From positions 96,982-160,981 of the forward strand of contig MU057576.1 in the NCBI GenBank assembly GCA_013265495.1: a stretch of DNA of 64,000 nucleotides, in the 5' to 3' direction. The translations under genes were made by a program, and so were the position numbers. Shown piece after piece: positions 25,422 to 37,389 of this stretch. The stretch comes from Vicugna vicugna (lineage: Eukaryota). Under the pieces are notes generated by a model, which did no database searches, was not told where the DNA came from, and was given only the letters and a program-made list of their open reading frames with translations. Every line of letters starts with the position of its first letter. Position 1 is the first letter of the stretch.

Positions 25422-25599
25422 TGAAATCACGCATTTCTTTAAAATGAATTGAGAGTCCTTAGTGAACTTTTTACCTTTTTGTAATTTAAAAACCCAAACA
25501 TTGATCTCTGCTTCACGACACTCTGGTGTGACATTCCTGACATGAGAACAGATGGTTTCTACAACTCTCACTGCCCTGCTGCTCCCAGGTCAGTCTCTA

Positions 25600-26242
25600 T
25601 TTTTTTTTTTTAATTGAAGCACAATTGATTTACAATATTATATTAGCTTCAGTGTACAGCATAATGATTCAGTATTTTTACAGATTATACTCCAGTAAAA
25701 GTTAATACAAAATAACGGCCATAATTCCCTGTGCTGTACAATAGACCCTTGTTGCTTACCTACTTTATACATAGTGGTTTGTATATGTTAATGCCATACC
25801 CCTGATTTGCCCCTCCACCCTTCCATGTCCCCTCTGGTAACCACTGGCTTGTTTTCTATGTCTGTGATTCTGTTTCTGTTTTGTATATACATTCATTTGT
25901 ATTACTTTTTTAGATTCCACATACAATACAGTATTTGTCTTTGTCTGATTTTTTTCACTAAGCATAATATTCTGCAAAAGGCAGAATTTCCTTCTTCTTC
26001 GCGGCTGAGTGTATTGTGTTGGGAACGTTAATTGGTGCAGCCACAGTGGAAAACAGTATGGAGGTTCCTCAAAAAACTACAAAATAGAACTAGCATATGA
26101 GCAGCAACCCCACATCTGGGTATATATCTGGAAAAAACAAAAACAATAATTAGAAAAGATACATGTACCTCAACGTTCATAGCAGCACCATTTACAACAG
26201 CCAAGGTAGGGAAGCAACCCAAATGCCCATCAACAGATGAAT
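25600..26242 (-). mobile_element. L1 with 5' inversion (twin priming)
   Basis: Minus-strand 3' part 25600-~26015 joined to a plus-strand ORF2-end piece ~26016-26242; TSD ggtcagtctcta/ggtcagtttcta. Confidence 0.88.
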
Positions 26243-26922
26243 GGTCAGTTTCTACTTATCTTCTTCAATAAGGTAGGGATGTGCCCATTATCGGCTCACC
26301 AAGAAAACACTGTGAGCTTACAGGCATAGACATATTTTTCTAAAGCATGTCTTTCTCTGTTCACTGTACTAGACTCTATTAGGCGGTGGGGAGTGAAAGG
26401 GACACGTTGTCTGTCTTGGGTAAAAGCTCTCCAGCATCCCCCAAGAGGTCCTTCACCGTGGCATTGTAAACTCAGTAAGTGCGCCTCAAACTAAGAAACT
26501 TGGGATTGTCCGCGCATTCAAATGAACCTTTTTCTCAGAAGCAAACTCTCATTAACCAGACTTAATGTCTGATGGGCAGATACGTCTCCATTTATGTTGC
26601 TTCCTTTATGTGTGTCTGGCAGAGTCCTCTTTTCTTATTTAGAGCTTGTATTATCACAGTCCAGCCACGCTCAGAATAGAAAGGACTTCAGTGCTCAGTA
26701 AGCATCACTGAAGGCACACGCTGGAGGTGACAGAAGCTCTAACAGCAAAGCTCAATGCAGGCTCAGTGCTGTGTGCCCAGCTTGGTCCTGAGGGCTGTGC
26801 TAGCATCATCGCATTATGACCCTCACAATAACCTTACGGAGTAGTGATCCTTATTATCATCAAGGCTTAGAAATGTTAATGTGCCCACAGTCCCATAGTT
26901 AAAAGTTACAAAGATGAGACGC

Positions 26923-27587
26923 TGTGGCTGAGATTTCAAGATGGCCACCAAAATCTGTCCATCACTTGACCATAACAATAGAGTTGGAGCTAGGCACATG
27001 GCCCCTAGCCAGAAGCAGTAATTCCCACTGTCCTTGTAACTAGATATGGCCAGTTGACTAAATATGGGTAAATGAGATTTGAACCAAAGTAATGTACACA
27101 ACTTCTGGGTCCTCTCCAACCTAAAAGATGAGCCCCTTGTTCTACTAACACTCTCTTTCCCTTCCTGTGAGCTGGAACTCAACTTGGAGACCACCTAGCT
27201 CTGATCTACAGTTGTTCTGTCAAATAACCACTAGACACCTGTGGTTTATTTAAATTTAAATTAAGTAAAATTAAAAATTTAGTTCCTCAGCCACACTTCA
27301 ACTGCCAGCCACATGTGGCTGGTGACTATCATATTGTAACACTACAGATGTAGAAACTTTCCATCATCACGGGAAGTTCTACTGGGCAGTACTATGCAAT
27401 AGGTAAGGAACAACAGAGCAATAAGATGGCAGGAGCCCGGATTCCAGCATGACCCCACAGAACACAGCTGCCCTGCTCGTCTATACCAGTTGAATTGTTA
27501 CACGGAGGAGAAATAAACTTCTACTTGATTTAAGTCAATGTATTTTGGAGCATATATGTTACAGCAAATTAGCTTGAACCTAATACA
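26923..27587 (+). mobile_element. MLT1J-like LTR with a nested MER3/MER33
   Basis: ccttgtaactagatatggcca...gagaaataaacttctacttgatttaagtca...gttacagcaaattagc...aacctaataca. Confidence 0.75.
27205..27395. mobile_element. MER3/MER33-like hAT-Charlie element
   Basis: agccacatgtggctggtgacta...ttccatcatcacgggaagttctactgggcag. Confidence 0.8.
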
Positions 27588-27930
27588 GAAAACGAGGAGT
27601 ATCACTGCCAGGCAACTCAGCGCAACAGCCAGAGAGCAGTAGGTCTCTCCCACCTGCCCCAGGGCTTCCACTGTCTTGAGACTGGACATTTGTGTTTTGG
27701 TTTTTTAGACCTGGTCCAGGATGTCTCGCACCCTTGACCTGTGCAGATCACCTTCTCCTCATTCTACACCTCCCTCTCTCTGCCCCACGTTGGAGATTGT
27801 AGCTATCTGACACATTGAAATATTTATAGAATTCTATAAATATGGGCATAATGTAGCCTGCAGATTCTCCCAAATGTGACCAAATCACCTTGTTTCTCTC
27901 CTGCATCATTTCCTATAGAAAGTTTACTTT

Positions 27931-28568
27931 TTTTTAATTGAAGTATAATCGGTTACAATGTGTCCGTTTCTGGTGTACAGCATAATGTCCCAGTCATACA
28001 TATATATATACATATTTGTTTTCATATTCTTTTTCATTAAGGTTATTACAAGATATTGAACATAGTTCTCTGTGCTATACAAAAGATATTTGTTTTTTTA
28101 CATATTTTTACATATAGTGGTTAACATTTGCAAATCTCAAACTCTCAAATTCATCCTTTCCCATTCCCTTTCCCCTGGTACCCATAAGATTGTTTTCTAT
28201 GTCTGTGAGTCTGTTTATGTTTTGTAATTGAGTTCATTAGTGTCCTCTTTTTTCTTTTTTTCTGTTTTTTTTAGATCCCACATATGAGTGATTTCATATG
28301 GAATTTTTCTTTCCCTTTCTGGCTTACTTCACTTAGAATGACAATCTCCAGGTCCATTCATGTTGCTGCAAATGGCATTATTTTATTCTTTTGTATTGCT
28401 ATGTGGTATTCCATTGTGTGTTTGTATGTATATGTATATGTGTGTGTGTGTGTGTGTGTGTACACCACAACTTCTTTATCCAGTCATCTGTGGATGGACA
28501 TTTAGGTTGCTTCCATGTCTTGGCTATTGGATACAGTGCTGCTATGAACATTGGGGTGCAGGTGTCAG
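27931..28568 (-). mobile_element. 5'-truncated L1 with internal (TG)n
   Basis: 3' UTR and ORF2 end; TSD aagtttacttt; (TG)n at ~28415-28461. Confidence 0.9.
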
Positions 28569-29099
28569 AAGTTTACTTTTAATCTGTGTGTGTTCTGGCT
28601 ATACGTAATTTTCCAAGAACACATGCCTTGCTCATGTCCCTTTCTCAGCCCTTGCTTGGCGAGTGAGTAATCTACAATGCAGAACAACTCTTACAAGGAG
28701 TGAAATACTCCCTATGCACATGGCCACCACATCCTCCTGTTTCCCTGTAATGATGCAGCACGGACAGACAACTCATGGCCGGAAGTGGCCCTATTCATTC
28801 ATAAAGAGAAATCACTGTCACAGTGAGTGGAAATAGTCCAAATTCCCATGATCTGCACCTTCATTCTCCGGGGCAGAGCTCCCTGGGAAGTCAAGTCAGC
28901 ATCAAATCATTGTTTGGGGATTGTTGGCTCAGAACAAAGGGAGCCAGATATATGATTCCAGGGTTTGAAGACACCTGAATAGGACAGTCTGTCATGTCTG
29001 GTCAATGGGACCACAGTATTCAGAGGCACTGGCTCAAGTTACCCTACCTTGGAGGGTGGGCCCTAACAACATGTCTCTGGGACACTTTCTACACTTTCA

Positions 29100-29685
29100 G
29101 AGACAAGAGGAAAGGAGGCAGGGCAGAACCACTAAAGGAATGACGCAACAGTTGAGGACAGGACACACCGGTTAGAACCAAGGTGGAGGAAGATTAGACT
29201 TCCAGTAGACCTTGAGCTAGTGGCACAGCCACGGGTGCCATGACAGCTCCTAGGCTGACCATAAAAGGTCTGAAAGTGGGCAGGGGGCCTGATTCCTGGA
29301 AATCCCTGCCCCTTCCCCAACGTAGTTGGAGTAATCCTTCTACTCATTAGCATATGAAATTCCAGAGCCCATAACACCTAACAACTCTGCACCTTGTGGT
29401 CGCTCTCTCTCCTGCCCTCTGAAATGGCCTGCACTTTGTCTGTGGAGTGTGTGTCTACCTTTACTTTAAACTAAACACCCTCACACCTCTTGGCTTTTCT
29501 CCCTCTTGCTTCTGAGATGACCCACATTCTGCCTATGGAGTGTGTATCTCCTAAGCTGTTTTCCCTTCTGAGTGAGAGGACCACTCTGCCTGTGGAGTGT
29601 GCATCTCTCTAAATAAACTTGCTTTCACTTTATCAGGCCTTGCTCTTGAATTCTTTCCTGCATGAGGCAAGAGCCTCCGACAACA
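29100..29685 (+). mobile_element. MER41-like ERV1 solo LTR
   Basis: gtgccatgacag...gaccataaaaggtctgaaagtgggcaggg...ttcctggaaat...attagcatat...ctatggagt...taaataaacttgctttcacttta...ttgaattctttcctgc...aaca; 5' boundary approximate. Confidence 0.8.
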
Positions 29686-31139
29686 TCACGACTGACCAGT
29701 GCCCCCTACTGACTGGCACGTTCTTCCAGATGTTTAATCAGCTCTAGTTGAATCTGGGAGCAACTCAGCCTCTGAATTCAGCTTGACTTTGAGGTTCCAT
29801 TTTCAGAGGGCAATCTTCCTACCCCTTATTTCCAAATTCCTGGAGAAAACACGGCATAGTTAACATACTGGATCATATTATTATGAGCAAAGGGCTTTGA
29901 TTCTGGGATACTGAGCAGAGCTTCACACTTGTTTCCTCTGCGTTGCACAAAATTTGCCCAGCAAGGACAACACATTTCTGAAGTTCAGGGAGCCTGCAGT
30001 GAAAGGGAAGTAAGACTTTTGAATATAACACTCACTCTAACTCTTGGAGAGGGCCTGGGACGCTCCTAGGCCAGAATCCATAGAAAAAGTCTGTCATTTC
30101 TCAGAAAACTCAGAGGAAATTCCTAAAATTGTTACAGCCTTAACCTGATTTGGCAGAACAGAGCATTTCCACCAAGTGGTGGTCTAAGGGGGGGAGGGGG
30201 GCACCTCCATCAAGGGCTTGGGGAGCCAGTCTCCCTCTGCTGGTTATGGCCCAGAAATGCAGGAGCCTCTAAATTCCGAGGCTACCTGCAGGCTTTATGC
30301 CAGCAGGTCAGGACCACTTCTTACCAGGACAATGGCTACTTTATTAATGATGAATCAGTTCCACAGACACGATGAAGGGCCCCTGAGCCAGGCACTATGT
30401 ATCGTGAGGACTGGATAGACAAGGAGGGTTGATAAACTGCATATGGGACCAAATGATGTCTTTCAAAGTCCAATGACCCCCATTCCTGGGCTCTCAGATG
30501 TCTGCCTGTGATCCTTCAACAGATAAAGTACATTCTTTTCTGGCCATATTTGCCCTAACAAACTACTAGCCCTAGGGAATGCCTAATCCCACAGTAACTC
30601 CAGCTGGCTTGTTTCAGCCCACCTTATCAGTCGTAAATCCCAATGCCCTTCACGGATCCTAAACTTCTTACCTCACCTACAGCCAATCAGAGCCTTGTGC
30701 ACAAGCCGATCAGGCACCTCGAGACCCTACCTTGTAAAAGACCCAACAATCGACCCTCCGGGCTCACACAGGCACCCCTCATCTGTGTGGCCCGCTGTTG
30801 TCTATGGCAGCTTAACCCGCAACACCAGCCCACCTCTGTGTTGTTTCCCCACGACACTCGGGAACACAAGCACATTGAACGGATGAAACAAACAGCCTTG
30901 CAGATGCTCTTACTGGGCCCAGCCTTCGGCTTGAATATTTCTCTGCATCTTTCTGTGTCCAGTCCTTTCCTTGACCCAGGAACCGCACCAGAAGACCTAT
31001 GAAATTCGATTTTTTACTTCTTAAAAAGAGTGGTCATGATTGTTTTCTTTCACTTTCTATTTCAGACATTCTGCGTTCATACTTTATCTCCCCCTGATCT
31101 TAGAGGATTTACATTTTCCTGTAGATCAGAAGTCTGTAG

Positions 31140-31335
31140 ATCAGTGCTGGGAAAAAAAATTACCTGGGGAATTTGTTTTTTTTTTTAAAAGAGAGAGCGA
31201 GGGATTCTTGGAGCTCCAACCTTGACGTTCTGATTCACTGGGTCTGGGGGTTGGGGGTGGTAGAGTTCAGAAACAGGCATTTTTAACAAATGCCACAGAT
31301 GAATCTGATACATGGTCAAGTTTTGGAACTACAGT
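31140..31335. mobile_element. MER5-like fragment
   Basis: ttctgattcactgggtctgggg...gcatttttaacaaatgccacagatgaatctgat. Confidence 0.7.
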
Positions 31336-31999
31336 GTTCAGAGCAGTAATTTCCAAACTGAATTCACTCTAGTGACACTCTGAAGGATACAGCCTTGGTT
31401 AAGGGCAAGTCTCTCCACGCCAGCACTAAGCTACCCGTAAGCTCCCACTGAGAGAATATATTACAGCGAACATGAGAATGGTTTTACCTAGGAAGAGCCT
31501 TAAACTGACTCTAATAAATTTATTTTAAAGTCAGTTATAGCTATCATTAGTAACAGATCAGTTATGAATGATCTATCAACACATCTATGTCATAACCAAG
31601 AGCAGCTACTCCATAATGGGGTTTGAAGCCACCTCTTCTGGAAGCAATGGGAGTTTCAGGGTAGGGATCCTCAAGATGGGGGAGACAGCTGTCCTTCCCT
31701 TGGGGTGGGGCCGTGGTTTATCTCAATTTCCTCCAACTGGGATGTATCTTTCCTTTCTCACACTCATCACTTTGAGTCTCCATTAACGCATCACTAAAAT
31801 ACTCATTTGGATTAGAGAAATTTACTCCCGAGTGGTTCTCCTTCCACATTCCCATTTCCTGCAGGACCGGGATGGATCTTATGCATCTCAGCACCTCTGC
31901 TGCCCAAAAAAACTGTCTGGTGGACTGGACTTTTGGTTCTCTTTCGCCTCTTCCATTTTCACTCAGCCTCTCATGAGATTGCAGTGGTCTTTACTTCCC

Positions 32000-32465
32000 A
32001 GTATTTTATTATGAAAAATTTTAAACAGAAAAATTGACTCGCCACCCAGATCCTATAATTGTTCATGTGTTTTCCCACATATTTCTTCACTTATCAATTC
32101 ATGTTATTTTCTATGTATTTCAAAGTAAGTTGTAAATATTACACATTGCCTCTAAACACTTCAGTATTCACATCATTAACTAGAACACAAAATTTGTTTA
32201 TGGGCTTTTTAAGGTAAAATTTACATACACTGAACTGCAATAATCTTAAGCGTACCATCTGCTGAATTTGACGGATACAAACCGCCATACGACCCCCACC
32301 GGTACCCAGATAAGAGAACACAGAAAATTCCTTCATGTCTCTTCCCAGTTCTCACCTCCATCCATCAGAGACAATCGCTTGTTCTAATTTTCTTCCACCA
32401 CAGTTAATTTTACCTGTTCTAAAGCTTCATAGGAGTGGAATTATATAGTATTATTCTTTTGTGTA
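32000..32465 (-). mobile_element. Old L1M 3' remnants
   Basis: ggtaaaatttacatacactgaactgcaataatcttaagcgtac...ttttacctgttctaaagcttcat. Confidence 0.7.
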
Positions 32466-33384
32466 ACACAGATAGGCGAAATGTAATCTGACTTCCAGAA
32501 AACTGGGAGATTTTATCACTCTTGGGAAACCAGTAGGCAATACTGGGGCAAGCAACCCCAAGCCCAGCTCAGAGACCTTAGTGGTTAGTCCCAACCCTGT
32601 ATCAAAAAAGGTTTTCCAGTCTCCTCCTAGTTCTGGTCCCTACTTGCATCATAACAACTTGCATCACATAGTAAGCAATGCAGAAAAGAACAGAGTTGAG
32701 AACTTCAAAAAAACTTTCCCACCACCTGGAAATAACCATCATTAACATTAGGTAGAAAATCACCCTAGACACATTTCCATGAGAGAAAAATGGGTGGGTA
32801 AATATAAATATACATAATACATAATAATACTACAACTGCTATTTTAATCAGAAAATACCAAAATGGCTTTTATTAAAATTTAACAGAAGGAAAAACAAAA
32901 CTGAAAATAACTTTAATTAGGCTGAACATCAAATATTTATTCAGCATAAGAAGATGATTTCCTAAAACACTCCTCTATGGTTAGAGACTACAAAAAAAAA
33001 AAAAAGCAAGAAATTAGAGTCATTTTTTAAAAAACTGTATTTCCATTTTAGGTAGTATAAACTGATTTCTAGCAAATAAGGTCTGCAACCTCCCTTTCAT
33101 TTCTTTAATGTATTACTTAGCCTTTGAACTCTTATTTTATTGAATTCATGTTGTTACATTACAGTGTAATCCAAAGCATTTGTGAGGAATTTTCTTCGTC
33201 CTTTGTACTATGTTCTCTTCTAGACTGGCTCCTTGTCTTTGAACACTGTGTTTCTGGTTTTCATTTGTTTTGCTGTTGCTCATTCATAGAGGTGAGCTAT
33301 GCACTCTGCTCATGCTCAGGCAGTCTTTCCTGACCTTTTATATGCTCTGATAAAATAATCACAGCAGTATTAATGAACACTTAG

Positions 33385-33605
33385 CCAAATGGCACTTACC
33401 ATGTTCCAGTTACTGTTGCAAGGGCTTTCCATATTCACTCATTTAATCCTCACAAGAACACTGAGGTTTTATTACTAATCCATTTTACAGATGAGAAACT
33501 TTAGACATAAAGAGGTTAAGTAACTTGTTCAGGTAACTTGGAAGTAGCAGAGGCAGGTTAGAAACTCGGCATTCTGCTTCCAGCATCCATTTTTCTTAAC
33601 CACCT
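33385..33605 (-). mobile_element. MIR SINE
   Basis: ctcatttaatcctcacaa...cattttacagatgagaaact...gaggttaagtaacttg. Confidence 0.88.
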
Positions 33606-34959
33606 TACTTCCTGCCCTTTGTTCTCTACTGAGCTAGAGTTTGAGGGCTGGGTATTTCCTGCTCTGCATACTTTTCCCGTAGCCTGAAGGTATGGTGGGT
33701 AGAGAGGGAGAGCACATCTTAAAGGTGGGGTTTGGAGATGTAACCTACAGTACTAGGCATCGCTCCACCTCGCTGGAGGCTTATTCCAATCTCCTTAGAA
33801 TGAGCATCCGTAGCACTTGGACTCCATCCTCTAGTTCATCCTGTGGACCTCACAGCCACTGAAGAGGGTTCACTTGCATCTGCTTCACCCATTTCTCTCC
33901 AGCAACCATATCTTCTTCTCTACAGTCAGAGGTATCTCCTTGGTTTCCTTCTCTCTTGATTGAGGGTTGATTAAGAATTCTCAGAATTTTGAGTGACTCA
34001 CAGTTATATGACTTCTGGAAAAGGAGGTTAGGAACCTTTCTATGCAAAGCACTTCTTCTAAATGGCAGAATCTTCAATATTATTCCTTATTTGCCACTTT
34101 CTGAAGTTAATGGCACTGCAGTGCACCCTATTCCTTTGTTCGACTGTTGCAGAAAAATATTTTGCTAATTTACATAACTGTGGGGGCGGGGGGGTTGTTC
34201 ATTCATTTAATTAGGTAGGTATTAGAGAAAGGAGACTCTGTGAGGCATATTCATGCCACCATCCTGAACCAAATATATATGCCCGTAGGTAAGCATTCAT
34301 TGTTTCTTGAAGATCCCAAGTTAGCTAAATTTTATAAATCTGACAGAGGAAATAGGCTCCTACGGGAAAAGATGAAGGAAGAAACATAAAACCCTAAAGA
34401 GTTAAAATTTTAAAAATCTAAGATGAAGTGGAATTAATCTGGAAAGTAAAGAAAAATGCTTTAACCACTGGGACGACCAGAGCTACTTAGCCTTTGAGTG
34501 AAAAATGTCAGATGCAGAGAAAAAAGGAGCAGGGACAAATTTTCTATTTTTCTGCTTCTCAACATGGTTTGCACTTACCCTTTGTGAGTATTAGGTCTTC
34601 ACAGTGTTAACAGCAGGTTTCAGTAGCTTCACCCAACGAAATATCCAGCAACAGCCTCAGCTGCCTTTCTCCACCCCCGGATGTGATGTAAGACACCAAG
34701 AAACTCCACCCCGAGCCAGCTGGGAGCGCATAAGCTTTCTGACCTGTTAGCCCGTGACTGCTAGACAACAAAGGACGGGAAGGAGGGTGCAGGAGTTAGT
34801 GTGCCGCGAAGGGAGCCCCGCTCCTCTGCAAGCCTTGCACAGAAAGGTTAAAGAAAAAAGCAAGGAGTCGCCTGGAAGTTACAGCTGCCTCATTTAAGTC
34901 GTTTCACCAACAGAACTGAGTGCTGTTAAGACTTATTTATAGGATTAAAAATACCTTAA

Positions 34960-35830
34960 TGTCACAGAGAACTGAAAGAAGATATTTGCATAACACATGG
35001 CTGATAAAGGATTTATCTCCAGAATATATAAAGAACTTGCAAAACTCATGACTCTTAAAAATAAACCCAGTTTTAAAGAAAAAGATGAGAGCAAACATGT
35101 CACCAAAGAAGTGCTACAAACAAGCACATGAAAAGACGTCCAACATACTAGTCATTAGCGAAATGCAAATTAAAACCACAATGAGACACCACTGTATACC
35201 TATTAGAACATCTAAAACGTTTTTTAGGTTAATACCAAGTGCTAGCAAGGATGCAGAAGAACTGAAATTCCCAAACACTGCTGGTCTAAACACAAAATAG
35301 TACAGCCACTTTGGAAAACGGTCAGGCAGTTTCTTTAAAAATCAAACGTACATTTACAATAAGATCCAGCATTCCCAGTCCTATGTATTTACCCAAAAGA
35401 AATAAAAACTTGTCTTCACATAAATACCTATATTCAAATATTTATAGCACCTCTATTCATAATCACCAAAACCCAGCCGATATCCAACTGAGGAATGGAT
35501 AAACAAAACGTGATGTATACATCCCACAGAATGGGATAACATGCAGAAATACAAAGAAATAAACCACTGATACACAGGACTACAAAAATGAATCTCAAAT
35601 GCATTGTGCTAAATTAAGGAGGCCAGACTCAAGTCCACACTGTGATTCCATTTATGAAAGCAAAACTATAGGGGTGATAAATAGATCAGTGGTTGCCAGG
35701 AGCTGGGGCACCGGTTGGGTGGGAGAGGACTATGAAGACGCAGTATGAGGTGATGATGTAAGTCTTCTTTGTGGTGATGTAACTTTTCTAAACCTTGATT
35801 GAGATGGTTATTATACGCATTTATCCAAGC
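34960..35830 (+). mobile_element. Old L1M ORF2-end/3' UTR
   Basis: gaagatatttgcataacac...gaaatgcaaattaaaaccacaatgaga...agatcagtggttgccagg. Confidence 0.85.
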
Positions 35831-35844
35831 TCCTAACACTACAC

Positions 35845-37066
35845 ACTACCGGGGTGACAATCTGGCACAGTGTGACTGGGTTCTCTGCTCAGGGCCCCAC
35901 CAGGCCGAAGTGAAGGTGTCAGCTGGCCCGGGCTTTTCTGGAGGCTCTGAGGGAAGATCCGTTTCTAAGACCATACAAGTTACTGGCAGAATTCAGTTCA
36001 ATGCAGTTGTGGGGCCAAGGTCATTTCCTTGCTGGCTGTCGGCCAGAGGTTGTCCTCAGCTTCTAAAGGCTGCCACATTCCTTGGCTCATGCCCTCCCCA
36101 TCTTCAAAGCCAGCAACAATAGATCAAGTCCTCTCCATGCTTTGAGTCTGACATCCTCTTCTGCACCATCTCTGTAATTTATTCTACCCTCAGCCAGGGG
36201 AAAGCTCTTCTTCTAAGAGTTCATGTGATTACTTTGGGCCTGCCCAGATAATCCAGGATGATCTATTTTAAAGTCAACTGCTTGGTAACCTTTTTTTTTT
36301 TGTTGTTATAGTCATTTTACAATGTTGTGTCAAATTCCAGCATAGAGCACAATTTTTCAGTTATACATGAACATACATATATCCATTGTCACATTTTTTT
36401 TTCTCTGTGAGCTACCACAGATTTTGTATATATTCCCCTGTGCTATACAGTATAATCTTGTTTATCTATTCTACATTTTGAAATCCCAGTCTGTCCCTTC
36501 CCAACCCCCGCCCCCTTGGCAACCACAAGTTTGTATTCTGTCTATGAGTCTGTTTCTGTTTTGTATTTTTTTTTTAGATCCACATATAAGTGATCTCATA
36601 CGGTATTTTCCTTTCTCTTTCTAGCTTACATCACTTAGAATAGCATTCTCTAGGAACATCCATGTTGCTGCAAATGGCATTATGTTGTCAGTTTTTATGG
36701 CTGAGTAGTATTCCATCGTATAAATATACCACCTCTTCTTTATCCAGTCATCTGTTGATGGACACTTAGGCTGTTTCCATGTCTTGGCTATTGTAAATAG
36801 TGCTGCTATGAACATTGGGGTGCAGGTGTCATTTTGAAGTAGGGCTCCTTCTGGATATATGCCCAGGAGCGGGATTCCTGGGTCATATGGTAAGTCTATT
36901 CCTAGTCTTTTGAGGAATCTCCATACTGTTTTCCACAGTGGCTGCACCAAACTGCATTCCCACCAACTGCTTGGTAACCTTAATTACATCCATTTTGCCA
37001 CATAACATATTCACAGGCATGACCCCAGGGGCAAAGGTCATGGGGGCCAAAACTCTGCCCACCACA
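35845..37066 (-). mobile_element. MLT1 (D/E-like) LTR, split by a young L1
   Basis: gttactggcagaattcagttc...gcccagataatccaggatgatct | taattacatc...actctgcccaccaca. Confidence 0.82.
36293..36963 (-). mobile_element. Young 5'-truncated L1
   Basis: Perfect TSD caactgcttggtaacctt; ORF 36621-36950 is nearly identical to that of the 20887-21593 copy. Confidence 0.95.
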
Positions 37067-37389
37067 TAGATTTTAAACAATGACCTAATATACACACATA
37101 TAAATGAAACAAAAGGTAAAATATTTACCTTTCACTCAGTTCAACACTTTGACACTTTTAATATATTAAAAGGCCAGTGTCAACATACTATACTGATTAC
37201 ATGTCCCATTAATGAGATGCAACCTCTAAGTTTATCTTGAGAAAAAGGCCTGCATGCCCTTTTAAATTCTAATCTGAAACAACGGGAGACCCATGGAAGG
37301 GCATCAGGGGCCTGTGTAACCCCTGAAATTATTTATCTGGGACTAACCAAGCAGAAGGAAAACAAACTCACCTCGGGGACAGTTTGCAG

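Noticed and set aside
34455..34485. tRNA A-box-like fragment (minus strand gctctggtcgtcccagtggttaa)
   Set aside because: No B box or body; too short to call.
18466..36950. ORFs 18466, 18869, 21219 and 36621 as host genes
   Set aside because: They are L1 ORF2p C-terminal fragments in truncated elements.
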